Assembly (NCBI RefSeq): GCF_902713615.1
Contig: NW_024055820.1
Location: 1 to 64,000 of the forward strand
From: Scyliorhinus canicula
Lineage: Eukaryota
Direction: 5' to 3'
DNA length: 64,000 nucleotides
In this document: positions 49,975-62,340 of the stretch, one piece after another
Layout of the letters: the number at the start of each line of letters is the position of its first letter
How positions within the stretch are numbered: the first letter of the stretch is position 1
Notes under the pieces: model-generated
The model's database searches: none
Seen by the model: the letters and a program-made list of their open reading frames with translations, nothing else
Told to the model about the DNA's origin: nothing
Program-made: the position numbers and the translations under genes

Positions 49975-51175
49975 GACACCCTTATTCAAAAATGGAGGAA
50001 GGCAAAACGCGGTAACTATAGGTTAGTGACCTTAATACATGTCATTGGTGAACCGATTGAGTCAGTTCTATCGGACATAACAGCAGAACATTTAGAAATA
50101 CATAAAACATCAAGCAGTCAGAATTCATGAAGGAGATATCATGCCTCGAAAATGAATTAGAACTATTTGCGGTGGTAACGAGCAGACTAGAGTGTAAAGA
50201 ACCAGTAGATGTAATATATATGAATATTTAAAACAGCTTTTGATAAGTGAATGACAAATTGACAATTTGTGGATGACAACAAGGTTAGCTGGAAGGCAAG
50301 TGGCGAGGATGAAACAATAGATCTACGGAGGGACGTGGACAGCTTCAGTAACTGGACAAATTTGGCTAATGGAGCAAAATGTAGGACAATGTGACGTCAT
50401 GCACTTTGGTCGGAGGACTAAAATAGCAGAATGTTATTAAAATGGAGATAAACATAGAAAGCTGCAACAACGAGTGATTTAGGAGTCCTCGTGTAGAAAT
50501 CATGACAAGCCAGCATGCATGTTCAAGGCAAGGCAAATTGAATGTTGGCCTTTATTTTAAAGGAAATGAAATAGAAACATAGGGAAACCTTGCTCAAACT
50601 ACACAGTGTACTCATTAGACCACACCTGATATCCTTTGACAGTTTTGGTGCCCTTATCTCAGGAATACATACTATTTTGAAGGCAGCACAGAGAATGTTC
50701 ACGAGGTTGATCCCGGGTCCGGAAGGATTTTCTTATGAGTAGAGGTTGAGTAGGTTGGGACTCTCGGTTGGGGTTTAGAGTAATGAAGGCCACGTCAGTG
50801 AGGCATAACTGATTCTCAGGGGGTTTGACAGGGTAGATGCTGAGAATTTACTCTCCGTTGTGGGAAACTTTCGGAACAGAGTGCAGCGTCAAAGAGTAAG
50901 GGGTCGCCCATTTAATACAGAGATGAGGAGGAATTTCTTCTCTCAGAGGGCAGTGAGGCTGTGGAATTCTTTACACTGAGAGCTGCAGAGGGTGGGTCGT
51001 TAAATATGTTCAAGGTAGAGATGGATAGACTATTAATCAGCCAGGGAATAAAATTATACGGGAATAAAGTGGGAACGTGGAGGTGAGGATAATCATATCA
51101 GATTATCTCACTGAATGCCAGAGCAGTTCCAGTGGTTCCAATGGCCTATATCTGCTCCTTTGGCGTATGATCTTT
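49975..51175 (+). mobile_element. Old degenerate CR1 LINE in the CH3-CH4 intron
   Basis: Broken RT motifs and a CR1-type 3' end. Confidence 0.7.
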
Positions 51176-51392
51176 GGTCTTGCTCCATCAAAACCCAATA
51201 TCACTGCCTTCAATGCATTGTTCATTCATCAAAATCAATTTCCCCCTTAAAGCCTACAGGTCCAAAGTGTTTAGTTAGTAGAATTACCAATCAGAGTACA
51301 ACAGAAATATACTGAGTACTAAGTGTTGACCGCTGCACTGACATAAGAGACAGACACAATGACTCACTTGTTGCTTCAATCTCACCGCTCAC

Positions 51393-51701
51393 CTATTTTA
51401 TTATGGATGGAATTTCTTAAAGGAGTTGGCAGGTCCTGATGGCTCGCCACACAGTCAAACACAGCCCCACTCAGCCAGGCTTGTGTCGAGATGTTTAATT
51501 TGCTGACCACGCTCTCAGTATCTGCCCCAGGCTGGTCGGCAATCTCTGATTTCAGCGGCTTCTTCGCTTCACTCCAGGACACGTTGACTCCATAAGGAGC
51601 ATTCGAAATGTCGCAGGTTAAGGTTACAGTTACCTCCAGTAAGACCTGTTCTATTGATGGTGGCAGTATTGTTACTGAGGCGTAAGTGCAAACGGAAGAA
51701 T
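51393..51701 (-). CDS. IGHM: IgM CH3 exon
   Basis: 309 nt, phase 1/1, AG/GT boundaries; TLTCDIS...VSW...[22 protein letters not shown]. Confidence 0.95.
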
Positions 51702-52334
51702 CTGTGAATGAATAAATGAAAATCATCCCAAGTTTCACCTTCAAAATTCCGGCAGCAGCATTCAGATCACTTTCGAGATGGGAATAAATCAACTTCGAAA
51801 TATCAACCTCTAAAGGTCACCTTTAATCTTCTCTACACAATGGAAAACCTGCTGAGTGAGTGAAAATTACTCTCATTGTTAAAGTCGTTCAGTCCCGGCC
51901 TCATTCTAACAATTGTGCATTGCCACATTCCTAATGCAAATATTCCATTCCTGATCTCATAAATTTAGTAATGAGGGGTGATTTTTAAAGAGGGTGGATG
52001 TACTTTCCAACACTTTTCCCCGGAGCTGTTATCAGTAAAACGTTCCAGACACCCACTGCCTCTCAAATATAATCATCTGTCTCAGGGTAAAGCTTATATC
52101 AAGTCCACCTCACTCACAAAATTACTCATAAGTAGAGGAAATATTATTTGCATTTCTGATAACATTCTGAATGGTGATCAATCCTAATGCAGCTTTTACA
52201 TCAGAATGAAACACAAACTACATGTCAGTAAATTAGAAGTTGTTCTGTGCTTTGTACTAACTTCAGTAATTCCTGATTTTGATTAACATCATAGTGCAGG
52301 ATGATTTATTGTTTCCTCTGTTTGCGTCTCTTAC

Positions 52335-52646
52335 CAGGCGCGGCGATCCTTTGACTTTGGGTGACCTCTTGATGAGTGACCTGGCAGGTATATATCGCTC
52401 TGCTGAACCATTCCCCAGCGGAGACTGTCAGCCGACTGCTCGCCGAGAAGTTCCCATTCTGTTCACAGGCGGGAGAGGTGATAATTCCTGAAGTCATGGG
52501 TTGTCCATTCTTCAGCCACTTCACCGCCATTGATATTGGATGGAAATCGACGATTGAACAGACCATAGTTGCAAATTTCCTTCTTGTGATTTCTTCACTG
52601 GAAGTAACGGTGAGGAGAACATTTGGAGTGTTGACAGGTGGAGGGC
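52335..52646 (-). CDS. IGHM: IgM CH2 exon
   Basis: 312 nt, phase 1/1; [12 protein letters not shown]...KWLKNG...SPACEQNG...YTCQVTHQ. Confidence 0.95.
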
Positions 52647-52858
52647 CTTCAAGAAACATGTGTTAAACATTTCTTACAGAAGAAATTGAGAATACATGAA
52701 AGGACCTCATAGTTTAACAGGTATTTTGCGGTCAATAGGCATAAACCTGGATTTCCCAGGGGTAAGGACTATGCAGAGTATTACAAATGAGTTATAACCA
52801 GCAGCCTATACAAGGAAATTACAGGTTTTCTATTTCTCACAGTTTCTACAACACTTAC

Positions 52859-53158
52859 ATGTCATTCCAATGCTCTTGTCTGAGCCGCTGTGTCGGACCT
52901 CACAGCTGATTTTGCTGCATCCCCCCTCTGACTCGGTGATGGTTAACTGGCTGCTCAGGGTGTAGGTTCCCTTATTGTTTCTCACTGACGGGTATTTCTT
53001 AACTCCAGTAGTGATCGGCTGCCCATCTTTCTTCCAGGTGAGACTGGTGATTTCTGGGGAGTAGTCCATCGCCAAACAGCCGTAGGTCACGGAGCCGTCG
53101 GTATTCTTTTGCTGACAGGAGGAGACCAGGCTGTAAAGAGTGGGCGGAGACGGTGTCC
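52859..53158 (-). CDS. IGHM: IgM CH1 exon
   Basis: 300 nt, phase 1/1; [16 protein letters not shown]...[10 protein letters not shown]...WKKDG...[17 protein letters not shown]. Confidence 0.95.
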
Positions 53159-54329
53159 CTGGGAAAGAATGGTCGACTCAACAAGTTAGACTCGATTATG
53201 TGTGTTTAAGATATCTCACAAGTCATAATTTGGATACAGTTAAAAAGTTATCCTATTTTCCCCATTAAAACCTGCATCAACATTTTAGTTTCTATTAATT
53301 CTATCATTTGAGAGTCACCATCTGTCTATTCCCTCTTTAAAAACTCACAGCTCTTGTTCTATCGCTGTCACATTAGAGAAAATTAATATTTTGATGTCAC
53401 CTCAATGGTGCCCCATTCATTACATTAAAATAGAAGGGAAGATGATCTCCCAATTATTTCTATTACAATTTATTTCTCAATCAACAGCACTTTGTGGTAA
53501 AGCAAAATTTCCCTTTTATATAATTACATATTTTGAAATTGCCTATGTTCAAACTAACTGATGCCACCTCCCCTCCCCAACTCACTACCCCAGTCCCCGA
53601 AACAAAGAATGGGGAATTTGCTTTAGAAATACCTCCCAAAGGCAGAATTACCATAAAACTCTACAGTTGAGTAAAGGTTCAAGTAACTCCAATATTTTCA
53701 AATCATGGGATCATGCACGTTAAGAGCAGGATTGGGGCATTCGGTCCCTCAGTTCTCCTGTGCCATTCAATAAGATCATGGCGCAGCAGATTGTGGTGTT
53801 GCTTCCACATTCCATCAGCTCTCTATCCTTGCCACGAGGATCCTGGCCTTTTCCTGGCTCTCTGTGCTTTTCCGAGCTCTCTGAACCTTCCATCGCCTCT
53901 CTGTAATCTGTATAGCTGCTCTGCACTTCAACCGGTTCATTGCTCTTTGTGTCGTCTCCCGGAACTCTCCACTGGCTCTTTGCACTTTCCCCTGATTCTT
54001 GGCGCTTGCCCAGCAATCGGCGTTTTCCTCAGGCTCCCTACCCTTTCTCTCCACTCTCTGCGCTCGGCTCTCTACACATTTTACCAGGTTCATTGCTGTT
54101 TCTCAGATCTCTCCTTTATAGAGGCTTCCCGTGCTTCCCCGAAGCTCTCTGTCCGTTCTACGGATTATATGCATGGCTCTCGGTCATCCTGTCTACACTT
54201 TCCCCCGCTTCATCAGCCTGCGACTCTGGCGCTACTGCCTTTCCAGGCACCCGGATCCTGGTGCCACTCGTACTCAGGTTTTGCACAGGTTCTCTCTTCC
54301 ACTCACGTTGCAGCTCCCCTCCCGCCCAT

Positions 54330-55560
54330 TTGGTGAGTGGGAGTGCGAGAGGGCAAGTGAGTAAATTGGTGAGGGTGAGCGAGCAGGCGGTGTGATTGAC
54401 GGTGTGTGATAAAGAAGTGGGTAGGTCTGAATGTGTATGCGTGAAAATGGGTGACTGAGTGTGGATGAGTGAGGGTGGATCGGTGAGTGAGTTGAAGGTG
54501 AGGTGTATAGGTGACGATGGGTGATTAAGGGTGAGTGAGCGAGAGGCTTGGGGCTGTGAGAGTGGGTGCGCGTTAGGGTGCCTGTGTGTGGTTGAATGAG
54601 GCTTGACCAGTAAGATAAGTGCATGAGTGAGGGTGGATGCGTGACGAAGAGAAATCGACAGGATGTCAGTGAACGTGAGTGAGTGAGGGTTGGTGCGTGT
54701 GGGTGAGTGAATTATGTTGGGTGAGTGAGTGATCGTCGATGAGTTAATGAGTGTGGTTTACTGTGGATGAGTGAGAATGAGTAAGCCTCAGTGAGTGTAG
54801 GAAGGGTGCGTGTGTGAGTGAGGTTGAATGAATGAGTGAGAGCAAATGACGGTCCCCGAGTGGGCTGGGTGTGTGAGGGTGGGAGAATGAGTGAGGGTGC
54901 GTGAATTAGGGTGGACGAATGAGCATGCCCAAATAAGTCAGCGTGTATGAGTAAGGTATGTGAGTCTGAGTGATCTAGGGTGGGCGATTGAGGGAAAATG
55001 TGAGATTGGGGAGAAAGAGGATGACTGAGAGAATGTTCGCAAGTGAGGGTGATAGGGTGAGTGTGGGTATGTAAGGATGAGTGAGTGAGCGTGGATGAGC
55101 GAGGATGGGTAAATGAGGGTGAGTTAGTGCGGGTGCGTTTACTGTGGGTGGGTAATGTTGAGTGAGCGTAGGTGAGTGAGTCAGAGTGGGGAGCTAAATT
55201 GATTGAGTGCGGGTAAGTGAATGAGATTGAGTGAGTAATTAAGGATCAGTGAGTGAGAGAGGGGTGCAGGACTAAGTGAAGTTGAGTGAATGAGGGTAGG
55301 TGAATGAGTGAAGTTGTGTGTGAGAGAGAGTTTTTGAGGTGCGCGTTTGTCTGGCTGTGTGAGAGTGTATGGGAAAGCGAGAGCATGTATGTATATGCGA
55401 GTGTATGAGAGTGGGAAAACGAGAGCATGTATGTATATGCGAGTGTATGAGAGTGGGAAACTTTTCGTCAAAGAGTGTGTGGGTGTGCGTGTCTGAAAGG
55501 GAAAGAGAGCGAGCCTGTGTGTATTTGAGAATGTGTTTGTGCGTGGATGTGTGAGAGAAA
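54330..55560. repeat. About 1.2-kb degenerate (GTGA/GAGT)n tract in the J-C intron, including a 42-bp perfect-like duplication at 55379-55462
   Basis: The plus strand is strongly G/T-biased with tgagtgag motifs throughout. Confidence 0.85.
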
Positions 55561-56569
55561 TCTCCGCTGCACCCAGCCAAATTTTCACATTCCACATAGA
55601 TACAAGTCTTTTAAAGAAAAAAAATCAAAATCCACTCTGAAACACAAGAGAAGGAAGCAGCAGGTTTACATCGATCAGGAAGATTCCTGGTGCCAACACA
55701 ATGACCTTGCGCACAGAAACTGAACAGACACAAACGGTGCAACAACCGAGTTCGCAGCAGATAGATTTGTCCAATCTACCAACTTCATTGAAACTCTTTA
55801 AATCTAATTGATTAATAGTCAAATTATTATATAACTTATTTGAAATTAATTGATATTAGTTATCAATGTTGCGAAAAATGTCCAAAATATAATTTCGCTG
55901 AAAATAAGCATATCAAATATAACAGATTGAGCATAGTTAACAGAGATTCAGTGACCAGGGAAGAATTAAACAGACCAGCGAATACATTCATTAAAAACCG
56001 ATTACCCCTGATTTATCCAATGCCTCAATTAAATGTAATCGACAAGAAAATTGGGGTGAATCACCGGAATAAAGGAATGCATTGTTTTCTAAATTCATTT
56101 TCGATACAATTTAAAATTCTCCAAAAGCTTTGATATATTGCGCTCCAATATACAACTGAATTGTCACACACGATTTATGTTAATTAGTCAGTATCAATAT
56201 TGCATTGCAAGTTACTGTTATTGCAATTATTTGGCTTGTAAGGTGCTTTGCACTCTTTGATAAAAATAATAAAAAATTAATTTTCTACAATTCTAAACTT
56301 GTTCTTGCCTGGAACTTTGTTCTATAATCTTAAGCAATGTTAAACAACTACCCTCAAATCTGGATGGAAACATTCCAACATGTATACTTAACTTTTACTT
56401 AAACTTATAGTACAAATATTAGTACTTTATCTGTTTGCTTTTAATTCAACTGCCCTTTTTTAACCAACGAAATGTTAAATATGCATATTTCTGAACGTAT
56501 TGATAAAGCTCAAATTTCATCTATTCTCAGACGGTAATTCAAATTATAAATCTATGTGTGAGCATTTCA

Positions 56570-57050
56570 AATACATTCAATGTAGGAACAAAGGAATTAA
56601 GAGCAGATGTAGGCAATTCAGCCCTTCTAGTCTGCTCCGTGATTCAATCAGATGCTGGCTGCTCTCTTCCTGGTCACAAATCTACCTTCCTACCTGTTGG
56701 ACATATCCCTTTAACCGGTTTATCGTCAGAAATATATATATCTCCTTCTAGAAACCATGTGATAACTTAGTATCCACCGCATTCTGGGGCAGCGAGTTCC
56801 AGAAATTCACCAGCCTCTGCAAGAAGGTGCTCCTCATCATCTCAGTTCTAAATCCACTGCCTCTCAAACTATACCTGTGACCTCTCGTTCCAGTTTTTCC
56901 CACAAGGGGAAACATTTGGTCCACGTTTACTTTATCAGTCCCATTTAGTATTTGATGCGCCTAGATCATATACCCTTTCATCCTTGTAAACTCCAGCGAG
57001 AATTAGCCCAAACTGTTTAATCTCTCCTCATGTGTCAATCTTTCCATCCA
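56570..57050 (-). mobile_element. CR1 LINE, 3' fragment
   Basis: Reverse complement of a CR1 3' region (aggaattaagagcagatgtaggcaattcagccc...). Confidence 0.7.
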
Positions 57051-57320
57051 CTGACATCGAGAGAACTCTCCGTGTGTGTGCATATACATGACTGTGTGGA
57101 GTGGCGTGAAAGAGCGATGTAACTCGAAACGAAACCGCATGTATAAATAAATACAGTCGCTGGCATTTTATAATAATTAAAGGTGCTTCTGAGAGTTAAT
57201 AACTCAGACATTCCCTGCAATGTAATTAATACAAATAGAACTGTATGAATGTAGATCCAATTCATACGTGTCAGACATAGTGAAAATAATTCATTCAGAT
57301 CATCTACAGCACTGCAACAT

Positions 57321-57508
57321 AATGAAAAATGAAAATGAAAATCGCTTATTGTCACGAGTAGGCTTCAATGAAGTTACTGTGAAAAGCCCCTAGTCGCCAC
57401 ATTCCGGGGCCTGTCCGGGGAGGCTGGTACGGGAATCGAACCGTGCTGCTGGCCTGCTTGGTCTGCTTTAAAAGCCAGCAATTTAGCCTGGTGAGCTAAA
57501 CCAGCCCC
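57321..57508 (-). mobile_element. tRNA-derived SINE, full length
   Basis: Head ggggctggtttagctcacc through to the (ttttca)n tail. Confidence 0.88.
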
Positions 57509-59811
57509 TTTAAAATTCAACCACCTGCCCTGGTGGGATTCGAACAAGGGTCCCCCAGTTTCTGGATTACTAGTCCAGCAACTAATGAGCAAATGGAGTA
57601 GATAGTTTCTCATACAATTTAATATTTGATAAGAAATAAATATGAGGCTCAGATACGGTCTATTCTTCTATTACATCTTTTTTCTTTTGATTCTATACTG
57701 TGTACTGTACCTATATGGAAGACAAGATGTTATTTATTGCAAAATTAATATTCGCCTTTTGTAATTAATCTCTGTATTTCAATATTTTACTTGTGAACCC
57801 TCAGTCTTGTGCATTCGGAGCATTCCTAAGTTTCACATAAAAATATGAGAACAATTCCTTCACTGCCAGCGACCTCCACCTCTCAGAAAAACTCTTTATG
57901 ATTAGATTAGTGACAATTATCTCACTATCCAACTACAAATGACATTGAAGGAATAATACTGTTGCGGATGCACAGAAAGAATTTAACTGGATACATGAAT
58001 TGCAAAACTGCAATATAAAACTCCTACTTAAGTAACCACAAACGTAATCACGGATATAAAAAAAATTCAAAATCTCTTGGTAACTGAACACTGCTGTAGA
58101 TTCAGTATATTATCATTAAAACAGTTCAGGTAAAATCACAAAATATTTCCAGCCTAGAAACCTTTCTGGTCATGCTAATGGTCTGGGGAGCACAGCAGAA
58201 TTGTTAAAGGCGATTGATGATTAATGATATTTATATGGAACCATCTTTGGATAATATGGAGTTATAGTACCGCTTTATAATTGTTTAAATTATATTAATT
58301 TTACTTTCCAATTTGAAGAATTGTTAATTAAGTAGGTTGAGATTGCGGTAAGGAATTATGTTCTTAATGAAGCCGTGGTTTAGTTTAATCTATAATCATC
58401 AGTTAAATTATTTAAAAAGCCCTAATATACATTTAGGTCTATTCTATATTTACGAAACCTTCCTTTGTTTCCGTGCAATCGTGATTCAAGCTGTTTCACA
58501 GACGTTAACTATTTGCATTTAACCAGAAAACCTGTAGCCACTCAATGTCACCGAGTTTAACCAAGCAGAAACGTTAAACTGCTTCACAAATTGTACTTAT
58601 GTAATTATTCAAAGTCATCCAGACACACAATCTCATCAGGGGGAAGTCACCAAAATCCATCACTGACGGACTGAACCCCGTTTCGTGGAGAAGCTGCTCA
58701 ATTCTACATTCATCAGAACCAAACTGAACATTTAAAAAACATCTCAATATCGAATCCAGCAAGCCAGCTCAACACCAACTGTATGTTCAAACTAATCAGA
58801 AAAATGCCATGATAGCAATACCATTGTGAGGAGGTGGGATAGGTCCAAAATAACATGAATGGTTACCACATTTCATTCGTATTGGGCCACATTTCAACAT
58901 ATTTCATTACTATTATTTCATACTAATGTTTGCAGTAGTTGGGAAAAGCTGCAACCATCAGATGCCACCGAGATGAAACATTGCAGAATAACCAAGCTCT
59001 GGTTGCAATAGTAATGTATGATAGGAAAGAGTGTCTTATACGGTGGCTTAATTTAATCTTCAATTATCACTTTTTAAAACCCGTTCGAAAATCTTTTCTG
59101 TTTTCTGCCTACAATCATGCGTCAAGCAGTTTCAAACGCCAATATTTCATCCAATTAAAGGTCATGGAGCAACTCAGTATCACCGACTGCCAGGTTTGTA
59201 GAAACGCCAAACCATTTCTCAAATTCTACTAATTCAAAGTCACAATCTTCTCAGCAGAAAAACAACAAATCACATCACTGAGGGGTCAAGACTCGTTTCA
59301 TGGAGAAGCAGCTCCATTCTAAAACACTTGCAAAGGAATTAAATTTCAAGAAAATCGCAATCTTGAAACAAACAAATCCGCCTGTCATCAAACGGATGAA
59401 TAATCAAAACAAACAGAAATATGGAAGAATATCACCAGCATTTTGAATAAGCTGAACATGTTCAATACGTAAATGGAGAAACTGAAGATATTTAGCGTAC
59501 ATTATAGAACAGCCAAACTGTTTAACAGACGTTAGGTGTTTAAAATAATTCGGCCACACAGTGTCCTCAACAAATAAACACCAACTCACCACAACAAGGG
59601 ACTGAAACCCTCAGCAGAAACTTTTGTCAAGAAGCACAGTATTTATCTAATTCTTTCCCGGTAGAATCACATGAAACATTGCAAAATATCTCAATACAGA
59701 ATTGAACAATCCCACATTTCAATGAAGGAATGAATTGCTAAAATACAGAAACATATAAAATAACTACTCAAGTAAAGTAATACAATTAGTACACAATTAA
59801 ATGGTTCTTAC

Positions 59812-60174
59812 CTGAAATGACCGTCACCATGGTTCCCTGACCCCAGAAATCGAAGCCACCCATTGTAGTATATCTTACACAATAATAGATGGCCGTGTCT
59901 TCGGCCTTCAGACGTGTAATGGCCAATGAGAAGGTGTTGTTTGAAAGGTCTTTGGACGCAGTAAATCGATTATGAAATCCTGGGGCGTAGTTGTTGTTTG
60001 AAGTACTATCGTACCAAAGCAGCCAGTCCAGTCCCTGTCCCGGAAGCTGCCGGATCCAGCCCATCCAGTAGATGCCGAGATCGAACCCGCTTGTTTTACA
60101 GGACAGTCTCAGGGAACATCCCGGATGTCCAGTCTCTGCCTCTGGCTGAGTCAACACAACATCGGACTGGACAC
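59812..60174 (-). CDS. IGHV: Pre-joined IgM VH-D-JH exon (in frame)
   Basis: 363 nt: (R)[42 protein letters not shown]...[30 protein letters not shown] followed by GTAAGA. No RSS or intervening DNA between V and J. Confidence 0.96.
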
Positions 60175-60302
60175 CTGTAAAAATATATCAAAAAGCCCGA
60201 GGATTAATGCTGGAGAAATGATTGGTGACTCTGGAACATTCCAGAGAGAGACTAACACTGAGACAGTAACAGTGAGAGACTTGGACAATAAAAACTACTC
60301 AC

Positions 60303-60348
60303 GGGATAAGAAAGTCAGCAACAAACTGAGAGAAATGGCCCACCTCAT
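60303..60348 (-). CDS. IGHV: IgM VH leader exon
   Basis: MRWAISLSLLLTFLS + C followed by GTGAGT. An upstream in-frame ATG at 60360 is also possible. Confidence 0.93.
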
Positions 60349-60438
60349 CCTTCTGGCCATTTGGGGGAAATGGTTGTGTCAGGAACTCAGTGAACAAACC
60401 AGCTCCCGGACAGTTGGATTCGGGTCCCAGTGAGCGGC

Positions 60439-60447
60439 ATTTAAATA
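60439..60447 (-). promoter_or_regulatory. TATA-like box of the VH promoter
   Basis: TATTTAAAT about 80-90 nt upstream of the ATG. I saw no octamer in the proximal promoter. Confidence 0.65.
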
Positions 60448-61615
60448 CCCGGCAGAAGGGGGCGGCTTTCCAGGCGCCGCCTGTTGATTCCCTGGTGGAG
60501 GCGGCGACTGGATCCACGTCCCACCTTCCACACCCCCAATAGAATGGACTCAGAGATTTTCAATAGGTTATTATTAAAATATACATTTATCTGTAACGGG
60601 ATATTTGTTTGGATGAATGGATTCGTTTCAAAGTCTCGTCATCCTAATGGCGAAATTACATTTGAATAAAAGCAAATTCAATTGTAAATCAAGTCAGTTT
60701 ATTTCTACACTCTAATTTAAGGGGTGAACATAAACAGGTTAAGTTACATTATCGCGGAATACATCATCTGTCCGTCTGATTTGCAACACCCAGTATCTCT
60801 TCCCATTACACCAATAAAGTATCAACTGCCCAATCGAATTGTTATCGACTCATGCAACGAAATACGGGGCATGAACAAAATTATTCTATTTACAGTGTGG
60901 ATGGCCATCACTGTAAAATGTGGGTCGGTAGACAGAAATAAAATCCTCACATTATACGATGCTTCTCTTGGCATTATTCGAACTGCCCCTGAGCCTTAGA
61001 CAGTCCTGTGAACATTAGCGGTGAAAGAAGCCACTTGCCTGATAATTCAGCAGTGAGTTGACAGAGAAACATAAAATTGATATTAACATTTGACAGAAGT
61101 TAACGAATCAGAACGGACACGGGGATTAGTAAAGTTGTCCTTCAGCATCCAAATCATTGTAACTAATTGTATTGACCACCGGCTGTCTAACATTCACTGG
61201 TGTTGGGAACACAGGATATCAGGACTTTGCGGCATATTACACAATATCACAAGAATAAATGTTTTATCTTCCACTGAAGCAGGTCATGAACTGGTCATTT
61301 CTCCACTCATTGGCAGCAATGAGAGGGATTGCTAATTAATGGGAATCAGCACAAATTAAACTGTACAGAACACGGTGCTGATCAGGTATAAGAGACGCCC
61401 CCGTTTAAATGAGGTCAGCAACTCGGAGAATATTCCAGGAATTCCGGCGGATTCAAGGCCGTTTTATGATTTTCTTTTAATTTTTGTGCCATTCCCCTCA
61501 TCCTATTGGTGTTGGTAATTGGGTCCATCAACACCACTCACTCCCACTCCATTAGGTTCTTAACAAACGGACTTGAATAACTAAAGTGACCTTTATTCAG
61601 GACTAATATAAATTA

Positions 61616-61943
61616 CATAGAATTTACAGTGCAGAAGGAGGCCATTCGGCCCATCGAGTCTGCACCGGCTCTTGGAAAGAGCATTCTACCCAAGGTCAAC
61701 ACCTCCACCCTATCCCCATAACCCAGTCCAACACTAAGGCAATTTTGGACACTAAGGGCAATTTATCATATCCAATCCACCTAACTTGCACGTCTGTGGA
61801 AGGAAACCAGAGCACCCGGAGGAAACCCACGAACACACGGGGAGGATGTGCAGACTCCGCACAGACAGTGCCCCAAGCCGGAATCGATCCTGGGACCCTG
61901 TAGCTGTGAAGCGATTGTGCTATCCACAATGCTACCGTGCTGC
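61616..61943 (-). mobile_element. HE1-like V-SINE
   Basis: Full head, core and tail on the minus strand. Confidence 0.88.
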
Positions 61944-62011
61944 ATCTGGTCAGTTTACTATTTTCCGATTCGGTTTAATCTCAGAATGAACTGAATATTC
62001 ACTGAATACAT

Positions 62012-62340
62012 GGGCAGCACGGTAGCATGGTGGTTAGCATAAATGCTTCACAGCTCCAGGGTCCCAGGTTCGATTCCCGGCTGGGTCACTGTCTGTGCGG
62101 AGTCTGTACGTCCTCCCCGTGTGTGCGTGGGTTTCCTCCGGGTGCTCTCGTTTCCTCCCACAGTCCAAAGATGTGCGGGTTAGGTGGATTGGCCATGCTA
62201 AATTGCCCGTAGTGTCCTAAAAAAGTAAGGTTAAGGGGGGGTTCTTAGGTTACGGGTACAGGGTGGATACGTGGGTTTGAGTAGGGTGATCATTGCTCGG
62301 CACAACATCGAGGGCCGAAGGGCCTGTACTGTTCTATGTA
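62012..62340 (+). mobile_element. HE1-like V-SINE (head-to-head with the previous copy)
   Basis: gggcagcacggtagcatggtggttagc...gagggccgaagggcctgtact. Confidence 0.88.

Noticed and set aside
41498-53158. C region as IgW, IgNAR or an IgM1gj-type three-domain chain
   Set aside because: There are four CH exons including CH2, with mu-type motifs, the tailpiece placed on CH4, and a conventional VH with WGQG.
53713-54395. Overlapping 100-200-aa ORFs in the J-C intron
   Set aside because: Low-complexity, pyrimidine-rich sequence with no recognisable domain or splice signals; its origin is unresolved.
59875-59890. Cryptic heptamer (tattgtg) at the VH FR3 end allowing V replacement by neighbouring TCR V segments
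   Set aside because: It is an unavoidable by-product of the YYCV codons, I saw no matching nonamer, and the TCR V segments lie 3' of the C exons.
59812-60348. Joined VDJ as a processed (retro) pseudogene
   Set aside because: The leader intron, J-C intron and all C introns are present, so the join occurred at the DNA level.
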